A stretch of 49,185 nucleotides of DNA from contig CAMLWC010000005.1 of NCBI GenBank assembly GCA_946488855.1, positions 1 to 49,185 on the forward strand, in the 5' to 3' direction. Made by a program: the position numbers and the translations under genes. Of this stretch, positions 1 through 10,003 are shown piece after piece; positions within the stretch are counted from its first letter, which is position 1, and every line of letters starts with the position of its first letter. The DNA is from an uncultured Mycoplasmatota bacterium. GTDB lineage: Bacteria > Bacillota_I > Bacilli_A > RF39 > UBA660. The notes under the pieces were generated by a model. The model was not told the origin of the DNA. It saw nothing but the letters and a program-made list of their open reading frames with translations, and searched no databases.

Positions 1-2
1 TT

Positions 3-176
3 AATATTATTCTTATCAAGTAATTTAGATAAATATTCTCTTCCATTGATATAAATTTGGACATTATAAGGAAACCAAGTTTGGATTTTTAGAAACATTA
101 AACCAAACTCTTCATCATTAAAGTAAAAATAATAATGCTTACATTTAGTAGGTCTTGGGGTAACCTCTAACTTTTT
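3..176 (-). pseudogene. Internal fragment of a putative transposase-like protein (family often auto-annotated as MarR-family regulator); no start, runs off the window edge
   Basis: Frame missing from the ORF track reads KKLEVTPRPTKCKHYYFYFNDEEFGLMFLKIQTWFPYNVQIYINGREYLSKLLDKNNI, with an in-frame TAG just upstream. Family recognised from memory of the KC-HYYFY...QTWFP...NGRE motif. Confidence 0.6.
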
Positions 177-405
177 CTATTTCTAAATAATGATACTCTT
201 GCAATTCCTTTAGTATGGATCTAATTCCATCTCTACCCTCTTTACTTATAGAACAAAGACCTGCCAAAGAATAATCCCAATCTTCTGGCAAACTTAACAT
301 AAACGATAATAACCCTTTAGCTTTATACGATAAATTTTTATCTCTTAAGTGATAATTAGACATAACAGTATAGTTATTATTTTTTTCTATTTTAAAAACT
401 GACAT
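145..405 (-). pseudogene. Truncated phage/ICE-type replication-initiator (helix-turn-helix) N-terminal domain
   Basis: MSVFKIEKNNNYTVMSNYHLRDKNLSYKAKGLLSFMLSLPEDWDYS is a typical replisome-organiser N-terminus; RBS AGGAGG before ATG 405; ends abruptly at the junction with the transposase-like fragment. Confidence 0.65.
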
Positions 406-427
406 ATTTACACCTCCTAACATTTAC

Positions 428-466
428 AAAATAAAACTGATTTAGTTTATAGTATCTAAATCAGTT
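428..466 (-). terminator. Intrinsic terminator after tRNA-Arg
   Basis: AACTGATTTAG-N10-CTAAATCAGTT inverted repeat followed by a T-rich tract on the minus strand. Confidence 0.7.
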
Positions 467-481
467 GAATTAACACAAAAA

Positions 482-558
482 TGGCGTCCCTGAGGTGACT
501 CGAACACCCAATCTTTCGCTTAGGAGGCGAAGGCATTTTCCTATTATGCTACAGGGAC
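482..558 (-). tRNA. tRNA-Arg(CCT)
   Basis: Full cloverleaf GTCCCTG...TTCGC-CT-CCT-AA-GCGAA...GGGTGTTCGAGTCACCT-CAGGGAC-GCCA with encoded CCA. Confidence 0.95.
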
Positions 559-732
559 ATATACCTTAATCTTAACAAATAAATATCAAAATTAAGGTAA
601 TTTTTTCAAAACTTTATTGTTTTTTTTAAAGATAAAGACAAATTTTCGCGACTATCTTATTTCTTTAAATTCTGTCCTTCCTCATAAAATAAAGGTTTCT
701 AATACATTTTCCCTTATTTTAAACAACCCCTC

Positions 733-769
733 AGGTGGCTATCGCTCTATCCTACTGAGCTACGAGGAC
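733..769 (-). pseudogene. 5' half of a tRNA-Arg gene (acceptor 5' strand, D-arm, 5' anticodon stem); 3' half absent
   Basis: GTCCTCG-TA-GCTC-AGTAGGATA-GAGC-G-ATAGC-CA-CCT, then unrelated sequence; TATAAT upstream; no matching GCTAT...CGAGGAC seen in the window. Confidence 0.8.
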
Positions 770-827
770 ACAACAATATTATAATATATTTTTAATATTT
801 TAACAATCAAAAAAGATAGAAAACTAT

Positions 828-1319
828 CTATTTTATAAAATTAAATAATAACAAAACTGATAAATTTGAAACATATCTTAGTTTATATCCAAATTTAATG
901 CCAAACTCAGATAAAGCTACCTTCTTATCATATAAACTAACTAACCAACTTTCCTTATATTTAGGAACAACTAAATTTAATGGAAACATATGGCTTCTAA
1001 TGATATCTGATTCTTTGGTATTAACATTAAATTTTTCTAAAGCATTTATTTCTGCTTTTAAAGGATGCGTAAATGTAGAAATAAATTTTTCTTTTAAACT
1101 AACATTTTCACTATCAAAAAAATCATGTAATAATCCGCCAATTGCTACTGACTTATAATCCATTTTGTGTTTTTTAGCAAACTTATACGCTTGATAAGAA
1201 ACTTTTAAAGAATGATCAAATCTTGTTATTCCGTGATGCTCACATTTTTTTAAATTCATAAATTCTTCACTTTTTAGTATATGTTCAACTAACTTTTTGT
1301 ACTCATTATCTAGTTCCAT
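828..1319 (-). CDS. HD-domain phosphohydrolase
   Basis: HH-G-TRFDHS...LLHDF...HP...IIRSHMFP motifs. Confidence 0.85.
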   Translation of the reverse strand: MELDNEYKKLVEHILKSEEFMNLKKCEHHGITRFDHSLKVSYQAYKFAKKHKMDYKSVAIGGLLHDFFDSENVSLKEKFISTFTHPLKAEINALEKFNVNTKESDIIRSHMFPLNLVVPKYKESWLVSLYDKKVALSEFGIKFGYKLRYVSNLSVLLLFNFIK

Positions 1320-1386
1320 TATTTCACCCCGAACTATAACATTATATCATAGTTCGTAAAAAAAAAGAATAACTTTTGTCTAAAAA

Positions 1387-2430
1387 CTATTCAATTTCTA
1401 AAGTTTTATTTTTAGGTTGTATTTGTATATACGTAATTCCATCATTGACAGTTAATTCTTCCCCATTTAACAATTTATATACAGTTTGACCTGCAGGACT
1501 CTTTTTCTCCCATGTAATAGGAACCGCATAACCATTAGATATAAAATATCCTTTGCCACTACCTATATTATCAATTTCTTGTCGTCCATAACTATCCATA
1601 CTATAATTATTTACTTGATAAGTTATAATATTTTTAGCAGCAAATGGTTCTCCAGTAACATAGTCTTTACGCAATGTATCACCGCTATATTTATTATAAA
1701 CTTTATTAACAGCATCATATTTAAAAGTATTTTCTTGATAATCAGAATATTTAATATAAACACTGTCTGCTTTAATAGCGCCTTCCATAGTTGATAAATC
1801 AATTTCATCAATACTATAATTTAGTAAAGGTTTTGATGTTGTTGTAGTTTCATAACCTCTTTTTTTTGCTACTTTTAAAATATTTTCAATATTAATATAA
1901 GCAGTATGTTCTGTTGGAACACCGTTTGCTTTTAATTCTTCATCACGCCAAAATCCACTATCTACCATACCATTAACATTATCAATATTTAAATTATTAA
2001 TATCTGATTCTGCTTGTGGACTCCAACCAAAATGTGTATATATTGCATCATTTTCTTGAGCATAATCTAAAAAATAATGTCTTGAACTTCTTACAGTTCC
2101 AATAGTTGCAGTATCTTTATCCTTAAATACAGCCATCATACGCGTAATACCACCTTCGACAACAATTTCATAAACTAAATAGGCATCATTCAATCCTGTT
2201 TGATAAGGTTGAGCTGTTTTGTGATTATTAATCATAACTGCTATTGGCCTAGTATCAGATTCTAAATCTAAAATTTGTAATTTTTTTTCAACTATCGGTG
2301 CTGGTTCTTCAGTTTTTTCTTCTTGTTCTAATTTTTCCTCTTTATTGAAAAATATAAAATATACTCCGACACTAATTAATAAAACAAATACTAAAAATAC
2401 AGATATAATTCTACCCCATCTTAATTTCAT
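1387..2430 (-). CDS. DUF3048 (YerB-like) membrane-anchored protein
   Basis: N-terminal TM; RPIAVMINN, YEIVVEGGITR and GTVRSSRHY motifs. Confidence 0.85.
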   Translation of the reverse strand: MKLRWGRIISVFLVFVLLISVGVYFIFFNKEEKLEQEEKTEEPAPIVEKKLQILDLESDTRPIAVMINNHKTAQPYQTGLNDAYLVYEIVVEGGITRMMAVFKDKDTATIGTVRSSRHYFLDYAQENDAIYTHFGWSPQAESDINNLNIDNVNGMVDSGFWRDEELKANGVPTEHTAYINIENILKVAKKRGYETTTTSKPLLNYSIDEIDLSTMEGAIKADSVYIKYSDYQENTFKYDAVNKVYNKYSGDTLRKDYVTGEPFAAKNIITYQVNNYSMDSYGRQEIDNIGSGKGYFISNGYAVPITWEKKSPAGQTVYKLLNGEELTVNDGITYIQIQPKNKTLEIE

Positions 2431-2450
2431 AAACATACTCCTTTATAAAA

Positions 2451-2526
2451 TGGTGCTGGAAATAGGACTCGAACCTACGACCTACGCGTTACGAATGCGT
2501 TGCTCTACCAACTAAGCTATTCCAGC
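2451..2526 (-). tRNA. tRNA-Thr(CGT)
   Basis: GCTGGAA...ACGCA-TT-CGT-AA-CGCGT...GGTTCGAGTCC...TTCCAGC-ACCA. Confidence 0.95.
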
Positions 2527-2585
2527 AACTATATTAATTATATCACATTAATATTTAAAAAAAGACATAAATTTTTAATGTCTTT

Positions 2586-3881
2586 TTATTTAATATCAAT
2601 ATCGTCAATAGTATGTCTATTGCCATATACTTTAAATTGTAAATCAAATACTTCATCATAATTGGCTATTTTGTTTTCTTTTAAATTTTCAACACAGTCA
2701 TTATACCAATCAATAAAACCTTTATTTTGAGAACTTAAAATTATTTTATTATTAGATTTGTTTTCATTTACATTAACAAAATTTTCATTATAAAATACTT
2801 CAATTATGATTTCATTATCATCTAAATCATTATCAATAATAGTTTCATAATCGCCATCTAAATATAAATCTGTATTATTTTCTATAGTATAATTGTATTT
2901 TAATACATCATCATTATTATACTTAATATATTGAATATTTTTGTAAGTATTAAATGATAAAATTGTACCTATAGCAAATAAAATAATAGATATTAAAAAT
3001 GGATAAAATTTAAAAGATATTTTTTTACTAAATAAATTAGATAATTGATTAGAAATATAACCAAAGAAAACTAATAAACTAAGTAAAATAAATAAAACGC
3101 CAAATAAATCAATACCAATTATTAAATAATAAATTATAAAACAAATAGCTACAACAATACCTAAATTAACAAAAATTAAAGGTAAAATTATAAAAATAAA
3201 TATAAAAATTTTAGCTATCTCTTTTAAGATACTTATTACTTCATCCTTTTTTATTTTTTCTTCTTTTTTTTCACTAATTTCTACCTTTTTGTTTTTTTTT
3301 ACTGTTTTTTTTACTTCTTTTTTAACATTATTTATATTATCTTTAAACATCCTAATACTTATTAAGACACAAACCACAAAATATAATACCCATATCAACA
3401 TCCCCCATAAAATAATTAATATAATATCTAAAGGGAAAAATACAATATCTAATATATTATGTCCTAAACCATAAATAACTAAAAATGGTATACTAATAAT
3501 AGCAAAAATAATTAATAAAATAATAGCTTTAATAATTACTTCAAAAACAAAATCTAAAGTAATATTATCATGTTTTTTTATATCATCAACTAAACTTTTT
3601 GTAAAATTAGATAATTTAGTAGAAGCTTTATTAATAAAATTGTCAAAATCAGTTTTAATATCATCATCAGTATATTTAGGATTAATTTTATATGCTTTTA
3701 ATATTTCTTTACTTAATTCGTTAACATCGCCAAAATCTTTAATCGCTTCTTCTTCCGTTTTACCATTTTTTATTTTTTCATCAATTATTTCACTATATTC
3801 ATCAATAATATCTTTTACTTCATTTTCATCTAATATTTTTAAATTCTTCTTTAATTTATTAATAAAACTACTTTTGTTCAT
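2586..3881 (-). CDS. DUF1700/HAAS-domain multi-pass membrane protein
   Basis: MNKSSFINKL...DIIDEY...GKTEEEAIKDFG N-terminus, several TM segments; overlaps padR. Confidence 0.8.
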   Translation of the reverse strand: MNKSSFINKLKKNLKILDENEVKDIIDEYSEIIDEKIKNGKTEEEAIKDFGDVNELSKEILKAYKINPKYTDDDIKTDFDNFINKASTKLSNFTKSLVDDIKKHDNITLDFVFEVIIKAIILLIIFAIISIPFLVIYGLGHNILDIVFFPLDIILIILWGMLIWVLYFVVCVLISIRMFKDNINNVKKEVKKTVKKNKKVEISEKKEEKIKKDEVISILKEIAKIFIFIFIILPLIFVNLGIVVAICFIIYYLIIGIDLFGVLFILLSLLVFFGYISNQLSNLFSKKISFKFYPFLISIILFAIGTILSFNTYKNIQYIKYNNDDVLKYNYTIENNTDLYLDGDYETIIDNDLDDNEIIIEVFYNENFVNVNENKSNNKIILSSQNKGFIDWYNDCVENLKENKIANYDEVFDLQFKVYGNRHTIDDIDIK

Positions 3882-4197
3882 TTTTCATACTCTCCTTTAT
3901 AAATTTATTAACACTATTAGCAAATATTTTCCAATTTTCTCTTAAATCTTCCAATCTTTGTTTACCTAAAACAGTTATTTTATAATATTTTCTTGCAGGG
4001 CCTTTAGTAGAATCAACTAAATAAGTTTCAAAATATCTCTCATTTGTCAATCTTTTTAATAATGGATAAATTGTTCCATCATTAACATCAACAACTCTAG
4101 ATACTTCCATAACTAATTCATATCCATAACGATCTTTTTTATTAACAGCCAGTAAAACAATTAGTTCTAAAACGCCTTTTTTAAATTGTGTATTCAT
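3868..4197 (-). CDS. PadR-family transcriptional regulator
   Basis: QFKKGVLEL...YGYEL...GTIYPLLKRL...GPARKYY. Confidence 0.95.
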   Translation of the reverse strand: MNTQFKKGVLELIVLLAVNKKDRYGYELVMEVSRVVDVNDGTIYPLLKRLTNERYFETYLVDSTKGPARKYYKITVLGKQRLEDLRENWKIFANSVNKFIKESMKNEQK

Positions 4198-4214
4198 ACA
4201 TCACCTCTACTATA

Positions 4215-4243
4215 ATTATACATTAACTATCTTGTATTGTCAA
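4215..4243 (-). promoter_or_regulatory. SigA-type promoter of the padR operon
   Basis: TTGACA-17 nt-TATAAT with TG extension; CTTG-N6-CAAG dyad over the -35 may be the PadR operator. Confidence 0.75.
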
Positions 4244-4276
4244 GTACTATATATTTAAAAATAGTATATTCACATA

Positions 4277-4762
4277 CTATTTAGATAAACATAATACTTT
4301 TTGCTTTTTAGAAATAATGTTATTAAACATTATAGCAAATGAATTAGCAATTTTTTGATTTTTGCTACCACTTAAACAAAAACATATAGGACATATCTTA
4401 GCATTAGCAAATATCTTATTTGGATTATTATAAAAATGTATAATATAACAATCATCTTGTTCTGTAATAGTTAATCTGTTAGCATTTTCATATTCTCCAT
4501 AATCTTCACCTATCCAAACAAATTGATTATTATTTAATAATCTATCATATGGTTTATCATTAATTCTTATTTCTGTAAATATTTTTTTGAAATAAACATA
4601 TAATTCATTTTCTTCATCTATAACAAATTCATTGTCATCATGATAATTATACATTGTAAAATAAAAATCTGCTCCTTCAAAACTCATTTGCATTTCATCG
4701 CCATTGTCTTTTTTTAAAACTATTATATGTTTATCATCTACATAACGGTGTAACAATTCCAT
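4277..4762 (-). CDS. Hypothetical protein
   Basis: 161-aa ORF with RBS GAAGG, starting 27 nt after the tRNA-Leu CCA. Confidence 0.75.
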   Translation of the reverse strand: MELLHRYVDDKHIIVLKKDNGDEMQMSFEGADFYFTMYNYHDDNEFVIDEENELYVYFKKIFTEIRINDKPYDRLLNNNQFVWIGEDYGEYENANRLTITEQDDCYIIHFYNNPNKIFANAKICPICFCLSGSKNQKIANSFAIMFNNIISKKQKVLCLSK

Positions 4763-4789
4763 ATAATTACCTTCTTTATATAATTATTT

Positions 4790-4874
4790 TGGTGCACAGA
4801 AAGGGACTCGAACCCTCACGAATTACTTCACAAGCACCTCAAGCCTGCGTGTCTACCTATTCCACCATCTGTGC
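4790..4874 (-). tRNA. tRNA-Leu(GAG)
   Basis: GCACAGA...CAGGC-TT-GAG-GT-GCTTG, long variable arm, GGTTCGAGTCC, CCA. Confidence 0.95.
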
Positions 4875-4893
4875 AAATAAAACTAGAAATTAT

Positions 4894-6210
4894 CTAGTTT
4901 TTAAGTGCTTTAAACATTTTACGCCATAATTTATCAGAAGAATAATTTAAAATACCTACTTTATATATTTTTAAACCATACTTAATTAATAAATATATAA
5001 CTACTATCATTAATCCCATAGATATCAATACATCAATAACAGTAAACTCTCCCATTACTAATAATGATGGACTTAATATAGCTGATATAAAAGGTACATA
5101 TCCTAAAATATTAATTATAATAGATCCTTTAAAACCACCAGCTATAATAGCTAAGTAATAACCTATTAAACTTATTAACATAATAGGAGTTTGTAATTGT
5201 TGAAAATCTTCTGTATTAGTAGTCATACTTGCTAAAATACCAGCTAATAAAGAATAACCGATAAAAGTTAAAATCATAAGGATTAAAACTAAAGGTATAA
5301 TATATCTTAACGATGACACAAATGATGGTGTAAATAATTCATTCATCATACCTGTAACTTGATTAAATACATCACCAACACCTGATGCATCGCCAAAGAA
5401 AGTTCTTGATATAAATCCTAAAGCTCCATATAATAATAATAATCCACCTTGAATTAATATAAATAAATTACCTGCAATACATTTACTAAAGAAATGAACT
5501 TGTGGTGATACATTACCAATTATAATTTCCATACCACGTGTTGTTTTTTCATCATTTACTTCTGCTCCAATCATTTGAACTAAAAATATTACTAACATAA
5601 AAAATGGTAAAATAATTATTTGAAAAACTGTACTCATAATCATATCCATATTTTCTTCAGCTGAATCTTTATTTTCATCTAAAACTGTTCTTTCAATAGT
5701 AACTGGGGTATTAAGTGCTAACAATTCTTCTTCACTTATTTCAAATTTTTCAACTGCTAAATAAGTTTTAACTGAATTTATTGCACTATTAATCAAAGTC
5801 ATATTTAAAGTGTCGACAAAACCATGTGTTATCATTGAAACTTTAATAATATTTTCTTCATCATAATCAAATACTAAAGCAATCGAATCTTTTTCTTCTT
5901 CATTATTTTTTATTTCTTCAGTTATTTCTTCTTTTGTTTTATCATATTTGATTACTTCATATTTACTATCTTCGGTTAACTTAAATCCAGCATCAATGCT
6001 AGCTTTAAATATATCATAAGTATTAGTATTATCAATTACATAAATTTTGGTAGTTTTATCAAAATCACCACCAAAGAAAGTAATAATGTGATCAATATTA
6101 GCAACACCTATTATTAAAATTGCTAGAAAAATATTTGCTAAAACAAACCATTTTGTTTTTATTTTTCTTTTTAAACTCATGCCAATTAAAAACTTTAATT
6201 TATTTTTCAT
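4894..6210 (-). CDS. ABC-2 type exporter permease (NatB/YhaP-like)
   Basis: N-terminal TM, extracellular loop, EKTTRGMEII motif, C-terminal TM bundle. Confidence 0.85.
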   Translation of the reverse strand: MKNKLKFLIGMSLKRKIKTKWFVLANIFLAILIIGVANIDHIITFFGGDFDKTTKIYVIDNTNTYDIFKASIDAGFKLTEDSKYEVIKYDKTKEEITEEIKNNEEEKDSIALVFDYDEENIIKVSMITHGFVDTLNMTLINSAINSVKTYLAVEKFEISEEELLALNTPVTIERTVLDENKDSAEENMDMIMSTVFQIIILPFFMLVIFLVQMIGAEVNDEKTTRGMEIIIGNVSPQVHFFSKCIAGNLFILIQGGLLLLYGALGFISRTFFGDASGVGDVFNQVTGMMNELFTPSFVSSLRYIIPLVLILMILTFIGYSLLAGILASMTTNTEDFQQLQTPIMLISLIGYYLAIIAGGFKGSIIINILGYVPFISAILSPSLLVMGEFTVIDVLISMGLMIVVIYLLIKYGLKIYKVGILNYSSDKLWRKMFKALKN

Positions 6211-7099
6211 ATGATTCACCTACTTTTGCTACAAATATTTCATTTAAAGATGGTTCTTCAACAGAAAATTTAGTTACATTATCACATTTACTAACATATT
6301 TAAATACATCTTTAACTATATCTTGATTTTCAATTTTAACTTCATATTCATCAGCTTTTTTAGTAACAGTTACAACACCAGCAATTTTTTCTATTTCTTT
6401 AATATCAATATCACCTTTAATTAAAATATTTTTTTTGCGATATTGTTCTTTTATTTTTTTTAGTTCACCTGATAAAACTGATTTACCATTTAATAAAACT
6501 ACTAATTTTTTACAAAACAATTCAACATGTTCCATTCGATGTGATGAAAAGATAATCATACTACCTTTTTTAGACATTTCAACAATTTCTTTTTTAAACA
6601 ACTCAACATTAAATGGATCTAATCCACTAAATGGTTCATCTAATATTAATAGTTCTGGTTCATTTAAAATTGCTGTTATAAATTGAACTTTTTGTTGATT
6701 ACCTTTTGATAATTCTTTTATTTTTTTATCTAAATATTCAGGTATTTCAAATTTTTCTAATAATTCTTTTGTTCTTTTTAATATGTCTTCTTCTTTCATA
6801 CCTTTTAAAACGCCATAGAAGATACATTGTTCTTTAACCGTTAATTTAGTTAATAAACTTCTTTCTTCAGTTAAAAAACCAATTTTATCAGTAACATCAT
6901 AATCTATTTTTTTACCATTTAAAGTAATATTACCTTTAGTAATATCAAGTAATCCCATAATCATTCTAAATGTTGTTGTTTTACCAGCACCATTAACACC
7001 TAATAATCCAAATATTTCTCCTGGTTTTACTTCAAACGATAAATTATCTACTGCTTTAAAATCACCATAATATTTTGTAACTCCATCTACCTTTAACAC
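6200..7099 (-). CDS. ABC exporter ATP-binding protein (YhaQ-like)
   Basis: Walker A GVNGAGKTT, signature LSKGNQQK, Walker B LILDEP; likely GTG start at 7099. Confidence 0.93.
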   Translation of the reverse strand: MLKVDGVTKYYGDFKAVDNLSFEVKPGEIFGLLGVNGAGKTTTFRMIMGLLDITKGNITLNGKKIDYDVTDKIGFLTEERSLLTKLTVKEQCIFYGVLKGMKEEDILKRTKELLEKFEIPEYLDKKIKELSKGNQQKVQFITAILNEPELLILDEPFSGLDPFNVELFKKEIVEMSKKGSMIIFSSHRMEHVELFCKKLVVLLNGKSVLSGELKKIKEQYRKKNILIKGDIDIKEIEKIAGVVTVTKKADEYEVKIENQDIVKDVFKYVSKCDNVTKFSVEEPSLNEIFVAKVGESYEK

Positions 7100-7416
7100 T
7101 ATAACCACCTCGAATTTTTAACCTTTTTTAATTTATCATTTTCGTATTCATTATATATTTTAATTAATTTCCTAATAACCCTTTCATAATTATCATATAT
7201 ATCATCTTTTAATTTTAATTGAACATATTTATAAAAATCTTCTTTATCAGTATACAAATTCATGATTTCATCAACTTTAATTTTACTTTTTTCACTTTTA
7301 ATATTAAAAACATATTCTTGATAATAATCAATCAATAACTTAGACATAATATCATTTTCTAAATATAAGAAATTAACAATTTTATCATAATGTTTACAAC
7401 AATTAATTGTTATCAT
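7099..7416 (-). CDS. Hypothetical protein
   Basis: 105-aa ORF translationally coupled to rseP and to the ABC ATPase. Confidence 0.7.
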   Translation of the reverse strand: MITINCCKHYDKIVNFLYLENDIMSKLLIDYYQEYVFNIKSEKSKIKVDEIMNLYTDKEDFYKYVQLKLKDDIYDNYERVIRKLIKIYNEYENDKLKKVKNSRWL

Positions 7417-8441
7417 TTAATTATAAACCTAACAATGTCATTATAAGTTATTGCTACCATTAATATCATAAGTAAAGCTAATCCAACTGCATGAATAGTG
7501 TTTTCAACCTTAACATTAATTGGTTTTCTTCTAATTTTTTCAATTATTAAAAATAAAATTCTTCCACCATCAAATGCAGGTATTGGTAATAAATTAATAA
7601 AACCAACATTGATACTTAAATAACCTGTTAAATAAATTAAATTAATTATTCCTAATTTTGCTGTTTCTCCTACTAAATTATATATACCAACAGGTCCTGA
7701 TAAATTAGATAAACTAAGTTTTCCTGTAATCAAATAAGCAATAACTAAAAACATTTGTTCAATTAAACTAAAAAATTTACTAATACCATATTTAATACCT
7801 TCAAAAAATCCATATTCAACTGTTGAATCTAAAGAAAAACCATAAGAATATGCACCATCTTTTTCAGTTGGAACTATATTAATTTTTTCTAATTTATTAT
7901 CTCTTAAAACTTCTAATTCTAAAGTTTTACCATAATTTAATTGATATTCTAATAATAATTTATCAATACTGTTTATTTTTACTCCATTCATAGTTTTAAT
8001 TACATCACCAGCCATTAAACCAGCTTCATAACTAGGACTTTCAACTGGGACTTGTGAAACAATTGGTTTATTATTAGGATTACCATTTATAAAACCAAAT
8101 ATAATTAAAAGTAATATGGCAAAGATAAAATTAAACATAACACCTGCTACAATAGTTAAAAACTTTTGCATCCAAGTTTTAGATTGTAATTTTTTATTCT
8201 TAGGGACATCTTCATCATCTTCTACCCCTTCACCAGCCATTGCACAAAAACCACCGATTGGAAATAATCTAATACCATATTCAGTTTCATCATTTTTTCT
8301 TTTAAACATAAATATTCTAGGTCCCATACCAATGCAAAATTCATAAACATAAATACCTGCTCTTTTAGCAAAGATAAAATGACCTAATTCATGAACAAAT
8401 ATTGTAATACTTAATACTAATATAAAATATATTAAAGTCAT
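7413..8441 (-). CDS. rseP: RIP metalloprotease RseP/RasP
   Basis: HELGH, PDZ domain, NLLPIPAFDGG. Confidence 0.95.
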   Translation of the reverse strand: MTLIYFILVLSITIFVHELGHFIFAKRAGIYVYEFCIGMGPRIFMFKRKNDETEYGIRLFPIGGFCAMAGEGVEDDEDVPKNKKLQSKTWMQKFLTIVAGVMFNFIFAILLLIIFGFINGNPNNKPIVSQVPVESPSYEAGLMAGDVIKTMNGVKINSIDKLLLEYQLNYGKTLELEVLRDNKLEKINIVPTEKDGAYSYGFSLDSTVEYGFFEGIKYGISKFFSLIEQMFLVIAYLITGKLSLSNLSGPVGIYNLVGETAKLGIINLIYLTGYLSINVGFINLLPIPAFDGGRILFLIIEKIRRKPINVKVENTIHAVGLALLMILMVAITYNDIVRFIIK

Positions 8442-8451
8442 AACTCATCTC

Positions 8452-9237
8452 CTATAAAAAATTTATAAAATATATAATAGCCAAAGCTACAAATATAATA
8501 CTATCAAATCTATCTAAGATACCACCATGACCTGGCATGATGTTAGAAAAATCTTTAATTTTATAATTTCTTTTAATTTGTGAAAAAAATAAATCTCCTA
8601 ATTGACCAAATATAGATAAAATCAAAGTTATTAAAATTAATAGAAATATATTTATATCTTGATTTATAAAAAATAAATAAAATAACGAACTTATTAATAC
8701 ACCAAAGAAAGCACCACCTAAACATCCTTCCCATGTTTTATTAGGTGAAATTTCATTTATTTTGTGTTTACCAAACAATATACCGATTGATTGAGCAAAT
8801 GTATCTGTCATAATTGTTATTAAAAATAGATAAATAAAATATAACAAACTCATATTTCTAATAATAATTAAAGTAGCAAATGCCATAGTTAACAAAATAG
8901 TTGTACCAATCAAATAAAAACATTTTTCTATATTAAATTCTTTATTTTTATGATTAATCAATAATAAACATCCGTATATTAATAAAATAATACTTAATAC
9001 TTTAAAATCTAAAATATTATCTAAACTATTTTCATTAATACTAGTTCCTAATAAAAATAAGTAAGATATATAGCAAATTAAACGATTCCAATAATTTTTA
9101 ACTAATAAATCTAATATTTCTTTAAAAGCTAATAAAGCAATAATTATAGCTAAAAAATAAAATGGAGTCCCTCCTAGATAAACTAATGGAAGAGATATTA
9201 TTAAAGCTATTATTGCACTAATTATTCTTGTTTTCAT
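8452..9237 (-). CDS. cdsA: Phosphatidate cytidylyltransferase
   Basis: ISPNKTWEG and KDFSNIMPGHGGILDRFDS motifs. Confidence 0.95.
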   Translation of the reverse strand: MKTRIISAIIALIISLPLVYLGGTPFYFLAIIIALLAFKEILDLLVKNYWNRLICYISYLFLLGTSINENSLDNILDFKVLSIILLIYGCLLLINHKNKEFNIEKCFYLIGTTILLTMAFATLIIIRNMSLLYFIYLFLITIMTDTFAQSIGILFGKHKINEISPNKTWEGCLGGAFFGVLISSLFYLFFINQDINIFLLILITLILSIFGQLGDLFFSQIKRNYKIKDFSNIMPGHGGILDRFDSIIFVALAIIYFINFL

Positions 9238-9934
9238 AATTAATTCCTCCAAACCTTCTATCACGATTATTATAACTTAATAATGCTTTATCAAATTCTT
9301 CTTCATTAAAGTCTGGAAATAAAACATCAGTAAAATAAAATTCTGCATAAGCTAATTGCCACAACATAAAATTACTTAACCTGATTTCACCACCAGTTCT
9401 AATTAACAAATCTAAATCAGGTAAATCATTATATAAATATTTTTGAAATGTTTCCTCATCTAAATTATTTATATCTAAATTATTATTAATAACATCACTA
9501 TTTATTTTCTTACAAGCATCAATTATTTCAAAATGAGAACCATAATTTAAACAGAAATTTAGTATCCCACTTTTATTATCTTTTGTTTTATAAGTAATAT
9601 CATCAATAATATCTAATATTTCTTTTTTTAAAGGATTTCTCCTTCCAGAAAAAACAATTTTAATATCTTTTTTATTAAAAATTTTAAAGTCATTTTTAAA
9701 TTTTTTAACAAACAAATCCATTAAATAGTTAACTTCTTCATCACTTCTTTTAAAATTTTCTGTTGAAAAAACATATAAACTTAAAACTTTAATTCCTTTA
9801 TCAAATATATATTGACATAAGCTATCCAAATTTTTAGAACCTGCTAAATGGCCTTCACTTCTTTTTTTACCTCTTTTAGTTGCCCATCTACCATTTCCAT
9901 CAACAATTATTCCAACGTGATTAGGTATTTTCAT
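9218..9934 (-). CDS. uppS: Undecaprenyl diphosphate synthase
   Basis: HVGIIVDGNGRWA, FSTENF, RTGGEIRLSNFMLWQ. Confidence 0.96.
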   Translation of the reverse strand: MKIPNHVGIIVDGNGRWATKRGKKRSEGHLAGSKNLDSLCQYIFDKGIKVLSLYVFSTENFKRSDEEVNYLMDLFVKKFKNDFKIFNKKDIKIVFSGRRNPLKKEILDIIDDITYKTKDNKSGILNFCLNYGSHFEIIDACKKINSDVINNNLDINNLDEETFQKYLYNDLPDLDLLIRTGGEIRLSNFMLWQLAYAEFYFTDVLFPDFNEEEFDKALLSYNNRDRRFGGINYENKNN

Positions 9935-10003
9935 TTTTATCACCTATTTAATATTATATTATAAATTTATATTTAATACAAGAAAAAAAGAAGATAAATC
10001 TTC

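Noticed and set aside
560-735. Group I intron in tRNA-Arg(CCU), since the break lies right after the anticodon as in known tRNA-Arg introns
   Set aside because: No recognisable P3/P4/P7 core, no matching 3' exon (GCTAT...CGAGGAC), and U33 is mutated.
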